Assembly: GCF_006345805.1 (NCBI RefSeq)
Contig: NC_043014.1
Span: forward strand, 48,918,001 to 48,982,000
Length of the DNA: 64,000 bases
Source: Octopus sinensis
Taxonomy: Eukaryota
Direction: 5' to 3'
The position numbers and the translations under genes were made by a program. The notes beneath the pieces are model-generated. The model did no database searches and was not told the DNA's origin. It saw only the letters and a program-made list of their open reading frames with translations. How positions within the stretch are numbered: position 1 is the first letter of the stretch; each line of letters begins with the position of its first letter. Shown here in pieces: positions 26,278-41,285 of the stretch.

Positions 26278-27285
26278 GTGTATGTGTGTGTGTATGTATG
26301 TATGTATGTGTGTATGTATGTATATGTATGTATGTGTGTATGTATGTGTGTGTGTGTGTGTATTTTGCTAAGAAGTAGCAGGAGGTGGGAGGGAAGGTGT
26401 GAGTGCATCCATCTTGAGTGTTAAATTGCCAAATATTCACAAGTGTTTGACAGATGAGCTGACATTACATGGTAATATAGTGACGGCGGCGACGGTGGTG
26501 ATAGTGGTGGTAGTGGTGGTGTCTTTTTCTTGTTGTTGTAGTCCACGATGGTGGTTTTGGCGCCAGCAGTGGTGTTGGTGATGCTGGTGAAAGTGGTGAT
26601 GGTGATGATTGCCATACCGGCAGTGGCAGCAGCAGCAGCGGTAGCAGTGGTGGCAGCAGTAGCAGTGTTGGTGGTATTCACCCTGTTAGTGGTTGTAGTG
26701 TTGGTAGTTGTAGTGGTGTTGGTTGTGGTTCTGGTACTGAAGATACTGATGATAATGATGAAGAGGGTAGGTGGTTGTAGCTATGATGGTGGTGGTGGTG
26801 GTGGTGGTGATGATGATAACATTGGTAGAAGTGCTGAGTTTATGTAGTAGTTGTTGTTATTGGTGGTGGTGGTGGTGGTGGTGGTGGTTGTGGTTGTGGT
26901 GGTAGCGATGGTGGTGTATTTAAACTCTGCCTTTACTGTGGGGGAATCATTAAAATTCCCGTATATCATGAGAAATATTTTTTTTTTGTTTTTTACAAAT
27001 TGAGAGGGTGGAGGGTGGTAGAGGGGGTAGGGCAGAGTAGAGGAGGAGGAGGCGGAATAGAATGGGGGTGGTGGAGTGGTGGAGTTGGGGGAAACAAATT
27101 TGTTTTAAATTCCCTTTCAGTAAAATATAAAACTAAACATGTCGCCGTGTGGTTGGGAAGTTTGATTCTCAACTGCAAGGTCTGGGGTTCTCTTCCAATG
27201 CACAACACCCTGGGTGTGGTTTGCTGTAGTCTCACGGTTGCCAAATGTCTTGTGAGTGGAATTTGGTTGAGAGATCAATGTGACT

Positions 27286-27585
27286 GAGTGGTTGGGTAGC
27301 CGGGTTGATGGGTGGCTGGGTGCCTGGGTGGCTGGGTGGTTGAGTTGTTGGGTGGCTGGGTTGTTAGGTGGCTGGGTGGTTGGATAGGTGGGTTGTTGGG
27401 TAGCTGGGTGGCTGGGTGGCTGGGTGATTGGATGGCTGGGTTGTTGGATGGCTGGGTTGTTGGGTGGCTGGGTGGCTGGGTGACTGGATGGCTAGGTGGT
27501 TGGGTAGCTGGGTGGCTGAGTAGCTGGGTTGCTGGGTTGCTGGGTAGCTGGGTTGTTGGGTGGCTGGGTGGCTGGGTGGTTGGTG
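27286..27585 (+). repeat. G-rich (GGCTGGGT)n degenerate minisatellite
   Basis: Repeated 8-12 nt units containing GGG runs. Confidence 0.85.
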
Positions 27586-30500
27586 GTATTCACGTATATC
27601 TGTGGGGAAAACATGAACAGAAGAAATCTACAGAGGGATGTTGTACAGGGTGGGGAGAAAGGAATGGTTATAGTGGTTAGTGTTGACCATTGGTAGCTAA
27701 ACACACATTATGTGGGTGATCAGAGGAGGAGTGACCAGATAGGCCTGAGTGATGGTGACACGTGACTGATTAACTCTGAGGGACAAGAACTGCCCTTCCA
27801 CACAAAAACCATAGCAATGCCATGTTTGCTATCACTAGCAAGAACATCATCATTATTTTGTATTCTCTTCTCCCCAGTGACATATTGATAGTGGAGGTGC
27901 AATGGCCCAGTGGTTAGGGCAGTGAACTCGCGGTCATAGGATCGCGGTTTCGATTCCCAGACCGGGCGTTGTGAGTGTTTATTGAGCGAAAACACCTAAA
28001 AGCTCCACAAGGCTCCGGCAGGGGATGGTGGTGATCCCTGCTGTACTCTTTCACCACAAATTTCTCTCTCTCTTACTTCCTGTTTCTGTTGTAACTGTAT
28101 TTCAAAGGGCCGGCCTTGTCACTCTCTGTGTCACGCTGAATATCCCCAAAGAACTACGGTAAGGGTGCACGTGTCTGTGGAGTGCTCAGCCACTTACACG
28201 TTAATTTCACGAGCAGGCTGTTCCGTTGATTCAGATCAACCGGAACCCTCGTCGTCGTAACCGACGGAGTGTTCTAGAGGTAGAGACATATTAATATTCT
28301 TGATCACTCAATCTTGCAATTCGTGATAATGCAGACATCTGATCCTCACATCACAGAATATGAATGGCCCTCTGAATTTTTTTCTTCTCCCTTAGATAAG
28401 TATAGAGAAATACTTCCAGTCTGTTTGAAGTTTACCTCTTCGTTTTTATGGCTCTGTCTGCCTCACTATTCCATCTCTGTGTCACCTTTCACCTGGCTAG
28501 GATCTTGCAAATACATACATACATACATACATACATACATACATACATGTGACCGTGTGTGTATCGTTGGTGATTTTCTTTCTCCATCTTCCCTTCCTTG
28601 GACCTTTCCTTTTCTATGTTTCTGACAAAGAGCTCCGCTTGAAACGTTAGATCCTCCTTCTTTCTTTCCTTTCCTGAGCGTCCAATAATACTATACTTGT
28701 TCCACGTCCTCGCGTTGTTGTGTTTTCTCTTTGTGTTTTCATGTTTGGATTAACTATATATATATATATATTTAATCTATCAACATCAATGGAATTTGTA
28801 GCTGTGATACCAGTGCTGGTGGCACATAAGAGAACCATCTGAACATGGCCGTAGCCAGCGCCACCCGCCTGGCCTCCGTGCCGGTGCTACGTAAAAAGCA
28901 CCATCCGACCATGGCCGTTGCCAGCTTCGTCTGGTCCCCGTGCCGGTGGCATGTAAAAAGCACCATCCGATCATGGCCATTTGCCAGCCTCATCTGGCAC
29001 CTGTGCTGGTGGCATGTAAAAAGCACCGACTACACTCACGGAGTGGTTGGCATTAGGAACGGCATCCAGCTGTAGAAACACTGCCAGATCAGACTGGGCC
29101 TGGTGCAGCCTTCTGGCTTCCCAGACCCCAGATGAACTGTCCAACCCATGCCAGCATGGAAAGCAGACGTTAAATGATGATGATGATGATGATGATGATG
29201 ATATATATATATATATATATAAGATAGACTTCTTTCAGTTTCCGTCTACCAAATCCACTCACAAGGCTTTGGTCGGCCCAAGACTACAGTAGAAGACACT
29301 TGCCCAAGGTGCCACACAGTGGTACTGAACCCAGAACCATGTGATTGGTAAGCAAGCTTCTTACCACACAGCCACTCCTGCACCTACCATGCATATATAC
29401 ATTCTCATTATAATGCAGCATGTGCATCCATGTATGTGCACCACATAAAAATTACATGGAAAATGTAAGTGGGGCAGGGGTTGGGGCTCTTGCTATTGTA
29501 GATATAATTCTATGTGTGTTGTACCAATGTATACTTGTATATGTGGGTGTGCATGTATGCATGTACATGTGTGTGTGCGTGCGTGTGTTTAAATGTGTGC
29601 GTTTAAGTGGGTGTGTATGATAGTGTGTATGTGTTTGTGTATGATAGTATGTGTGTGATTAAGCGTGTGTGTGTGTGTTTAAGTGTGTGTGTGTGTTTGT
29701 ATGTATGTTTGTGTGTGTCTGTGCATGTGTGTGTTTAAGGGTGTGTGTGTGTGTATGTGACCACATGTCTTGTGCATATTTAAGTGTGTGTGTGTGTGAG
29801 TGTGTGTGTGCACATGTCTGTATGTGTAGGTTTAAGTGTGTGTGTGTGTTTAAGTGTATGTGTGTTTGTATGTATGTCTGTGTGTGTCTGTGCATGTGTG
29901 TGTTTAAGGGTGTGTGTGTGTATGTGACCATATGTCTTGCGTATGTTTATGTGTGAGTGAGTGTGTGTGTGTGTGTGTGAGTGAGTGAGTGAGTGTGTGT
30001 GTGTGTGTGTGTGCACGTGTCTGTATGTGTAGGTTTAAGTGTGTGTGTAAGTTACTCATATGTTTGGGGAAGTAGAAATGTCATGTGAACAAGAGGGTCA
30101 ATTTGATTGAATAAGGTCCCCCCACTCACCCCCTCATCTCCTCTCCCCTCCCTGCTACCCTGCAGTAGCAAGGTTTCCCTGTGACCTGACCTACAGCAGT
30201 ATGTCATGCAGGGAGGAGTGGGGGCAGGCAGTTATTTAAAGGGTTCTAGTGATGGTGTGTGGTGGGGGAGAGAATGGTTGGGAGAATAGCTTTGTGTGGA
30301 ATGGGTGGGAGGAACGTGGGGGTGGGGTGCAGTTATGAATGTAGGGGACAGTCCTTGCTCCCCACGTCTGTTGGAAGTGTTGTTGTGAGTGAAACAAGTA
30401 AATGACTGAAACAAGTAAAAGAATAAAAGAATATATATATATATATAAGGTGTAGGAGTGGCTGTGTGGTAAGTAGCTTGCTTACCAACCACATGGTTCT

Positions 30501-30619
30501 GGGTTCAGTCCCACTGTGTGGCACCTTATATATATATATAGCAGAAAAGTGTGTACTTATAGATAATGGTTCACTTGCAGGTAATGATTCTGCAAAGAAG
30601 GAGGTTGCTAAATAATAAT

Positions 30620-30965
30620 AATAATGAAATTATTGTATACAGTGCTCAGGTGCACCACAACTTGTCAGAAAGTGCGTATAGAGTATATGCAGTAATGTAC
30701 AAATGTCTGGAAAGCGAACAATGTATGAGTCAGATACATGCTTGTGTGTGTATGGAGGGGAGAAAAATCAGGTGTAGTGTTGGCGAATTTCAGAAAGCAT
30801 GGAAGTTTTGAAGGATGCAGTGCTCCGACAACTAACAACTGATGCCGGCAGTTTGTTCCATGCTTCAGCAACTCTCAGCGTGAAAAAATGTTTCCTAAAG
30901 TCATGGGAGCTGTGCTGTTTTCTGACTTTGTAAATATGTCCATGGGTGTTAGACGGGTGGAGTTC
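30620..30965 (-). mobile_element. CR1/L2-type LINE 3' end
   Basis: THGHIYKVRKQHSSHDFRKHFFTLRVAEAWNKLP ORF2 C-terminal motif and an (ATT)n tail. Confidence 0.8.
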
Positions 30966-30974
30966 GAAAATGTA

Positions 30975-31840
30975 GAGAATGCATGAGAGGAGAGCCTGCC
31001 TAACATGGGCCCAAAAGATGGACCAGATATCCATTTTAACAGTAGCTCAGTAGATATGGCAATTAAGAATATGAAGGCAGGGAAAGCCCCTGGCCCATCA
31101 GGTATCACAGCTGAGATGCTTAAAATATCTGTCGAAGTAGGATATGGTCTAGTCATGTGTGTAGTTAATCAGGTTGTCCAGGAGAGAGTCATACCCAATG
31201 ACTGGTTTAGCCACATTATAGTCAACTGCTACAAAGATAAAAGTGGCGTATTAGACAGAAATAATTACAGAGGTATCAAATTGTTGGACCAGGTGATAAA
31301 ATTTACTGAAAGTGTCATAGCTCAATTAATTAAGAACAGAGTTCACCTAGATGAGATGCAATTTGGTCTTGTGCCAGGAAGAGGCATTACTGATGCCATC
31401 TCCCTGGCAAAGCAACTTCAGAAGTATTTAGCTAAAAATAAATCTCTGTATTTGACTTTTGTTGACATGGAGAAAGCCTTTGACAGGGTCCCCTGTTCCC
31501 TTATCTGATGGGCAATGTGGAAGCTAGGGATAGATGGGTGGTTGGTGAGAACTGTTCAGATCATGTACAGGGATGATGTCAGTAAGATGAAAGTTGGCAA
31601 TGAGTATAGCAAGGAATTTGGTGTACAGGTAGGAGTTCATCAAGGATCACTTTTTAGCCCCATCTTGTGTATCATAGACCTGCAGAATTTAAGACTGGGA
31701 AGAGCATCCAGCTGTAGAAACCATGCCAAAACAGACAAAATAAAGCCCAGGCAGTGCTCCAACTTGCCAGCTCCTGCCAAACTGTCCAACATATGTCAGC
31801 ATCAAGAACGGATGTTAAATGATGATGATGATGTTGATGA
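30975..31840 (+). mobile_element. RTE-clade LINE reverse transcriptase pseudogene, internally deleted, with (GAT)n tail
   Basis: GKAPGPSGI, NYRGIKLL, QFGLVPGRG, FVDMEKAFDRVP and GVHQGSLFSP motifs, with an in-frame stop at 31506. Confidence 0.92.
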
Positions 31841-32037
31841 ACAGGCTTCTTTCAGTTTCCATTGACAAAATTCACTCAAAAGGTTTTGGTCAGCCCAGAG
31901 CTATAGATGAAAACATTTTCCCGAGGTGCAGGGCAGCAGGACTGAACTCAGAACCATGTGGTCAGGAAGCAAACTTCTTACGACACAGCACATATCTATA
32001 CATACATACATATATATACATATACATATACATATAC

Positions 32038-32122
<85 letters not shown>

Positions 32123-32758
32123 CATTATCGAAGGTCTATCCATAGCACTTACTTAGCATTACCCAACATCTTTTGGGTCTTCTTGGCACCAATACATTTC
32201 ATACCCCCAATATATATATATATACACACACACACATGTATGGTATGTAAAAAGCACCCACTACACTCTTGGAGTGGTAGGTGTTAGGAAGGGCTGTAGA
32301 GACCTTGTCAAATCAGATCGGAACCTAGTGCAGCCCCCGGCTTAACAGTTCTCAGTCAAACCATCAACGATTATGATGATGATATATATATGTTTGTCTG
32401 TGTGTGTGTGTATAGTTTATTAATAAAGCTGCAAATGCATCACAAAAAGTGTTACTCAGAGTTTCACATTCTTATTCGCGGGACAGTTTTATATGTGTGT
32501 GTGTGTGTGTGTGCACATGTTCGTGTGTTGTGTGTGTGTGAATATATACGAGTGACGGCGTTCCCTGAGATCAAACCCTAAATACATGTAAAATATAATC
32601 TAAAACCTGAGTTAAACCAGGCCAATCTACTACTGGCCACCATCACCACTATTCACCAATATTCGTCTTCTCTACAATCATATAATGTTTAAAATAACAT
32701 AACACACACACACACATCACATATACACTTATATATGCATCACATATTTACATATATA

Positions 32759-32789
<31 letters not shown>

Positions 32790-32983
32790 CATGTATATAT
32801 AATATATATATATATATATAATATTATTTATATATATATATATATATATATAGATATATTATATATACATATACATATACATATATACACACACACAATA
32901 TATATATATAATATATATAAATACGCTACACATATACATATGAATATATACATCTGTATGTATATATATATATATATTATATA

Positions 32984-33021
<38 letters not shown>

Positions 33022-33435
33022 TATATATACACATATATACATACTTATACACATAAAAGCACATGTAGATATATATAGACATATACATAGACGTATATAT
33101 GTATACATACATCCACATATACACACATATGTATGTTTCTACGTATATATGTGTGCTTACATGTCTGAATATGTGTGTGTATACGTGTGCATATATGTAT
33201 GTATGAGTGTGAGTGCCTGTATGTGTGAACGTGTGTTGTGTATGTATACGTGTGCTTGCGTACATGTGTGTTTGTGAGAAGAGACCGCTCCATCAAGTTT
33301 GCTGCGCCTCTGACTGACAGCTGGGAAAATGGAAGCCTTGTGTTCTTCAGAGGATGTAAGTTGTAAGTCTGGCTGTTTCACAGACTCCACCACACTAAGT
33401 AGGACGTGAACACACCATCTTCTAATGTTTGGTTA

Positions 33436-33477
<42 letters not shown>

Positions 33478-34617
33478 GCACACACGTGCACAAACATACC
33501 CACACACACATATACACTCATACAAACACTCACACATACTCGCACAAACACACGTGTGCACACACTTGCACAAACATACCCACAAACATATATACACACA
33601 CACAAACACACACAGAGAAACACGCATATACACATGAAAGCACATTTGCAAAAACACACACACGCACACATACACATACAGAAGCACAGACATGTACAAC
33701 ACACACACAGTATTATATAACACAGACTCACACCACTACAAAAGGCAATATACCACACGCACTCATACACACACATGCAGACATACAAGATACAACATGT
33801 ACACGCATACACATACATGCATGCACACACACACACACACTCATACATACACTGATCTATAGAAAGTTTTTTGCCACCCATTGACTTTTAATTGTTTTGT
33901 AATTATTAAGAGGTTTCCTTCCGAATCCCATGGTTTCAGGTTCAGTCCAACTGTGAGGCACCTTGGGCAAGTATCTTCTGCTATAGCCTTGGGCCGTCGT
34001 ATATATATATATATTATATAAATAAATGAAAGAATGGAGTTGAACGACGATTTAACAAAATTCCTTTATTCTCGACATATGTTTCGAAGGCTGCATATTC
34101 CTAATTCCGAAGGAATAAGGGTTGCATTATGCCGCCTTTCAACTCCATTCTTTCATTTATTTGTATTAAAAAAACACACAAATTTCCACACGAAAGCACG
34201 TGATCTCTGCCCTTGGCATGTAGCTTCAACCGAGTTTTTCTGACGTGAATTTGCTACCCAGGTATCGGTTAACCGAATTATCCATACTAATACATGTATG
34301 TATGTACGTATGTATGTATATGTGCATGTGTATTTATGTTTGGGTGTCTGTGTTTGTCCCCCTAACATCATTGACAACCATAGCTGGTGTGTTTACGTCC
34401 CTGTAACTTAGCAGTTCAGCAAAAGAGACCAATAGAATAAGTACTAGGCTTACAAAGAATAAGTCCTGGTGTCATTTTGCTTGACTAAAAGTGTTGCTCC
34501 GGCATGGCTACAGTCAAATGACTGAAACAAGTAAAAAGAATAAAAGAATATATATATACATATATATATATACATACATACATACATATATATAGAGAGA
34601 GGGAGAGAGGGATGGTA

Positions 34618-35115
34618 CAGTGAATAAACTGTCGTCTAAATTATGCGAAAATGAAAATAACACTGACATCTCATTTTAACAGATATATATACCAAAATTA
34701 CATAAAAATATCTTGAAATACTAAAGAGTAAATTTATTCAATAAAATTGCCATTGGCTTCAATCATGGCCTCCAGACAAGTTCGGAATCTCCTGCAACTC
34801 TTCTGGACAGTCTCCTTGTTTAAGTTGGTGAATGCTGCTGTAATCCTTGCCTTCGGTTCATTTTTGGTGTGACAAGGAATTTTGTTGGTCTCTCACTCAA
34901 CTGTGCCCCACACTTAATAATTAAGAGATTTGCAGTCTGGGGAGTTAGGCGGCCAGATGTTAGGGGTGATGTGGTCACAGAAATTGTCTGACAGCCATAA
35001 CTGGGTTCTCCTGCTTGTGTGGCATGGTGCAGAGTCCTGTTGCCAGACATAGGGTCTTTCAGCAGCCATCGTCTTGACCCAGGGTGGCACTACTTCCTCC
35101 AGGCAGATGCTTGAT
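34618..35115 (-). mobile_element. Tc1/mariner superfamily (maT/DD37D-like) transposase fragment
   Basis: YVWQQDSAPCHTSRRTQLWL..WPPNSPD motifs; truncated and frameshifted. Confidence 0.8.
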
Positions 35116-36699
35116 GCCCCCCCCCCAAAAAAAAACACCAACCACTTTACAGTGAGTCCTGGGGGCACTTTCAGTGACACCATCAATGGTAAGGTCACTA
35201 AATGCTAGCAAGACCCTTTAACTGAGTGGGGTATGGGCTCTTTAAGTGACACCAGCACTGGTGAGGTCACTAAATGCTCGCAAGTCCCTTTAACTGAGTG
35301 GGGTATGATATAGTGGGGTGTGAAAGTATGATAGAGGGAGAGGAACAGGTGACTTGCTGAAGGGGTGAGTACATGGCTTCCCAATCTCGAGAGAGAAAGA
35401 TGTGAGGTGAAGGTACAAGGTGAATACGGGAGAATAGCAATTTCTTTGAGAAAGGACAACATGGGACAGTGTGATCTTGGAGGATTAGTTCCTTGTATAT
35501 AGAGACAAGACAGGATGGTCATGCTAGGATTGCCTTTGATCAGAAGTATACTAGATCAAGGTTGAGCAGGGGTTAAAGAACAACAACAAGAACATTGTCA
35601 TTATGTCAAGTTATCCCATGTTACAACTGTCTCCACATCAAAAATAATGACCACCCACACTATTGGCATGCTGCCACCACCACGACCACCACCACATTAA
35701 TTTCTATGCTGCAATTGAAAGAGAGGCTAAACATTATTAGAGGACTTTGACCCTCTTCCTCCTCCTCCCCCTCCTCCTCTTCTTCTTGCTGAGGTTGACA
35801 AACATATTAAAAACAAAACAAAAAAGGAACAAAGAATATTTTCTTAATATAAAATGAATTTCACATGGGACCTGGGAGTGTATGGGATTATCCTTTAATC
35901 CGTGCCCCTTTTTAAGAATTGTTATTGTGTTTATAAAAGGGAACACATCCCGAAGCAGTTTTTTCTGGTTGTAAACAACCAACTGTATTTTGTTTTTGTT
36001 TTTTTTGTTTGTTTGGTGTGTGATTATGTGATTATGCAGGGCAATGATGATGATGGTGGTACTGCTGCTGTTACTGCTGCTGCTGGGTAGAAGTGTTGGT
36101 GGTGGTAGTGGTGACGACAATGATGGTGATGATGATGATGAAGAGTTGATGATGATGATGGTGGTGGTGGTGGTGGTGGTGGTGGTGGTGGTGGAGGTGG
36201 TGGTGGTGGAGGTGGTGGTGGTGGTGGTGGTGGTGGTGGTGGTGGTGGCGAAGATGATGATGATGGTGAAAGTGGTTGTGGTGGTAGTGGTGGTGGTGGC
36301 GTTGGTGATGGTGGTGGTGGTGGTGAAGATGATGATGATGGTGACAATGTAACAAACAGGTTTACATAAGTTACCTTCACCAACAAGTGTTTTTTGTGTC
36401 TTTTTTTGTTGTCAAATCTGAAGTTGTATTTGTACAGGTGACAAGCTGCACTGACAGATTACATATGTATTATGTATGTGTGTGTATGTGTCTGTGGGGG
36501 TGGTCATCCCCACTATTGGCGAAATCTCATTTTTATATTTTTTGTGTTTAATTTTTATTGTCTTTGTTTTTTAATTGTTTACACATTGTTTTGTGTAAAA
36601 CCCTAGTGTCCCCATCTACTGTATTGTTCCCTATATGTTGGACCTAGTGGCAATAAAGCTGCCCTAATAGCAAAATTTACAATAATAATAATAATAATA

Positions 36700-36755
<56 letters not shown>

Positions 36756-37984
36756 CATTATTACTATTTTTATTATTATTATTATTATTATCATTATTAT
36801 TATTAATAAGCACCGTCCGTTCGTGGCCGTTTGCCAGCTCTGTCTAGCCCCGTGTCGGTGGCACGTAAAAGCACCATCCGTTCGTGTCCGTTGCCAGCAT
36901 CGCCTGGCCCCATGCCGGTGACACGTAAAAGCACCATCCGTTCGTGGCCGTTCGCCAGCTCTGTCTGGCACCTGTGCAGGTGGCACGTAAAAAAACACCA
37001 CTACACTCGCAGAGTGGTTGGCGTTAGGAAGGGCATCCAGCCATAGAAACACTGCCAGATCTGACTGGGCCTGACGAAGCCTTCCAGCTTCACAGACCCC
37101 AGTTGACCCATCCAACCCATTCTAGCATGGAAAGCGGACGCTAAACGATGATGATGATGATGATGAATATTATTATTACTGAGTGAGAGAGCAGTGCATG
37201 CCATCAAAGTGACACTGGGGTAAAATATACGAAGCCCAATATACCCATCATGACTACCCGTCTGATAAAGGTACACCAGGCACATGCATCACAACCGTAT
37301 GTGCGCGACATGGTGATTTCATATCAAGATAAACAGCCCATGACCTTGCAGGTGAGTCCCAGTTAGAATTTTCTTCAGGTTGAGTAGCCTATCCTGCTCA
37401 AAAGATCCTTGATTGAGAGTTGTTTAAGGATGTTGAACGAAACACCCATGTTTCCCAAGGTGAATTATTCAAACCCCCAAGGAACTCCTCTCAACACATG
37501 GCTATGATGCGCCCCCACTACTTCTGCTCGTGATCAGAGATGCATATATTGTCAACCACTAAGGGAACGGCTCTCAGTGGAGAATGATGGTGGTGGTTGT
37601 GGTGGTGGAAATGATGCTAATGATCATATTGATAATGATGATGGTAATGATGATGTTGATGATGAGGATGAGGATGATGAGGGTGTTGATGATAGGGGTA
37701 GTGCCAGTGATGATGGTAATAGCATTAATAATGGTGGTGTTGATGATGATGATAACAACAATGACATGACAATGATGTTCGCAACAGCAATGATGATGAT
37801 AACAATGATGATGATGATAATAAAAACAGCACTCATCAAAACTTCAGTCATTCAGTAATTAAAAGAATAAGTTCATTTGTAATTAAATTGAAATTCCAGA
37901 TTTTATTCAACTTCATAATTAAATTTCAGTTAATAATAAATATTTAATAAATATTATTGCAATTCATTTTTTTTTTTTATTTTT

Positions 37985-38035
37985 TAGTCATTATTATCAT
38001 TATTATTCTTAAAAATTTTTATTATAATTTATTTA

Positions 38036-38067
<32 letters not shown>

Positions 38068-38074
38068 TATTATT

Positions 38075-38118
<44 letters not shown>

Positions 38119-38222
38119 CATCATTATTATTATCATTATCATTATTATTATTTTCATCATCATTATTATTATTATTTATTATTATCATTATTATTTTATC
38201 ATTATCATTATTATTATTTTCA

Positions 38223-38253
<31 letters not shown>

Positions 38254-38462
38254 CATTATTATTATTATCATTATCATTATTATTATTTTCATCATATTAT
38301 TATTATTATTATTATTATTTATTATCATTATATTATTTTATTATTATTATTATTATTATCATCATTATTATTATCATTATCATTATTATTATTTTCATCA
38401 TTATTATTATTATTATTATTATTATCATTATTATTATATCATTATCATTATTATTATTTTCA

Positions 38463-38545
<83 letters not shown>

Positions 38546-38549
38546 TTTA

Positions 38550-38595
<46 letters not shown>

Positions 38596-38606
38596 CTTTA
38601 TCATTA

Positions 38607-38649
<43 letters not shown>

Positions 38650-38670
38650 TATATATATTTATTTATTTAT
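37985..38670. repeat. Long (ATT/ATC)n microsatellite; representative of the many TA, CA, ACC, GAT and ATT tracts across the window
   Basis: Seen directly. Confidence 0.95.
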
Positions 38671-39120
38671 TTAAAAATTTTTATTTTGCCTTCTTGGATT
38701 TCAGATTACGAAAATATATCAGTTTCAGATGTCCTCCTCACCTCCATTGTCTCCCTTCTTCCTAAAACAGAAGCCATCATCATCATCATTATTATAATTA
38801 TTCGTTCATCGTTTAATGTCCACTTTCTGTGCTAGCATGGGTTGGACGATTTGACTGAGGTCTGGCAAACCAGATGGCTGCATCAGACTCCAATCTGATC
38901 TGGCAGAGTTTCTACAGCTGGATGCCCTTCCTAAAGCCAACTGCTCCAAGAGTGTAGTTGGAGCTTTTACGTGCCACCAGCATGAGGGCCAGTCAGACAG
39001 TACTGGCAATGGCCACACTCAAATGGTGCTTTTTATGTACCACCTGCACAGGAGCCAGTCCAGTGGCACTGGCAACGACCTCGCTCGAATGTTTTTTCAT
39101 GTGTCACCAGCACAAGTGCC

Positions 39121-39173
<53 letters not shown>

Positions 39174-39184
39174 CATTATTGTTA

Positions 39185-39710
39185 TTGAGTGAGAGAGCAG
39201 TGCAGACCATCAAAGTGACACTGGGGTAAAATATAAGAAGCCCAGTGTACCCATTATGACTACCTGTCTGATAAGGGTACACCAGGCACATGCAGCACAA
39301 CAATATGTGCGCGACATCATGATCTCATAAACAGCACATGAACTTGCCCAGTTAGAATTTTCTTCAGGTTGAGTAACCTATCCCACTCAAAAGGACCCTG
39401 AATAAGTGTTGTTTAAGGATGTTGAACAAAACACCCATGTTTCCAGAGGTGAGTTATCCAAACCCCAAAGAAATCCTCTCAACACATAGTTATGATGCTC
39501 CCCCACTACTTCTGCTCGTGATCAGAGATGCACATATCGTCAGCCACTAAGGGACATGCTCAACTGGTTACGGCCAAACAACTGACAAGCAAATCTGTGG
39601 TATTGAGCAGAATATTTGTTGTAGCCCATCTTTAATACCAAGACAATACAATGTACATTATAACACTTCCAATCAGTTGATCAGAAGCCACGAGAGCCAC
39701 TGCATCAGGA
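39185..39710. repeat. (TAA)n-embedded interspersed repeat; copies 37179-37575 and 40246-40452
   Basis: Three similar copies sharing AAAGTGACACT..GTAAAATAT..GAAGCCCA, each abutting (ATT)n arrays. Confidence 0.75.
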
Positions 39711-40204
39711 CATTATTATTAATATTATTATTATTATTATTATTATTGTTATTATTATTTTCTTTCTTTTCTTTTCTTTCTTTCTTTCTTTCTTTTACTT
39801 GTTTCAGTCATTTGACTGCGGCCATGCTGGAGCACCGCCTTTAGTCGAGCAACTCGACCCTGGGACTTATTCTTTGTAAGCCTAGTACTTATTCTATCGG
39901 TCTCTTTTGCCGAACCACTAAGTGATGGGGACGTAAACACACCAGCATCAGTTGTCAAGTAATGCTAGGGGGACAAACACAGACACACAAACATACACGC
40001 ACACATATATATACATATATACGACAGACTTCTTTCAATTTCCGTCTACCAAATCCACTCACAAGGCATTGGTCAGCCCGGGGCGATAGCAGAAGACACT
40101 TGCCCAAGATGCCATGCAGTGGGACTGAACCCGGAACCATGTGGTTGGTAAACAAGCTACTTACCACACAGCCACTCCTATTATTATTATTATTATTATT
40201 ATTA

Positions 40205-40246
<42 letters not shown>

Positions 40247-40451
40247 AGTGACACTAGAGTAAAATATATGAAGCCCAGTATACCCATCATGACTACCTGT
40301 CTGATAAGGGTAGACCAGGTACATGCATCACAACCATATGTGCATGACATGGTGATCTCATATCAAGATAAACAGCGCATGACCTTGCAGGTGGGACCCA
40401 GTTAGAATTTTCTTCTGGTCGAGTAACCCATCCCGCTCAAAAGGTCCCTGA

Positions 40452-40516
<65 letters not shown>

Positions 40517-40564
40517 CATTATTATTATTATTATTATTATCATTATTATTATTATTATTATTAA

Positions 40565-40625
<61 letters not shown>

Positions 40626-41285
40626 CATCATCATCATTTTTGATCACCATTATTTTCATGACAAATCATTTTTGGATATTAACATTCTGTTGTGAGAATT
40701 TAATAATCTTAATGTGGTAATTATCATATTAACAGATTTATTATTTTATTTAATCCTCATCCTCTCAATCGGTAAATAAAATATATGACTTCAACAGTTT
40801 GATGCCATTCACACCAGCCTTTAATAGTTCAATGCCATCGACCAATTTACACATAGTACCAAAGAACCATTTTTCTCAGCTCTCCTTCAACTGTTCCACG
40901 TCACCTATTCTTTGACTGTCCAAACTTTTGCTCTCCCAAGGGGTCTCCAGCTTTATGTTTAACTTTGATACTTGGGTACCACACTCTGGTCAATTCAAAG
41001 TATGGGTCCGACCCATCTGAGCGACTTGGGTTTTATTTCAGGGGCCAGATTTGTATTTACAATGCAGTCCTTCATTTGACATTTAGTCGAACCAGAAGAT
41101 ATGGATGATGCATTTACATATCCGTAACTTATCAGTTCGGCAAAAGAGACTGATAGAATAAGTACCGGGTTAACAAAGAATAAGTCCTGGGGTCGATTTG
41201 CTCAACTAAAGGTGGTGCCCCAGCATGGTCACAGTTCAACACCCCTGGTGGAAAGTATTAAAGCTATTTATGATATATATATATA

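Noticed and set aside
40740-41110. Unique sequence as an additional coding exon
   Set aside because: The minus-strand frames I translated hit early stops and no ORF of 60 aa or more is listed; more likely UTR or intergenic.
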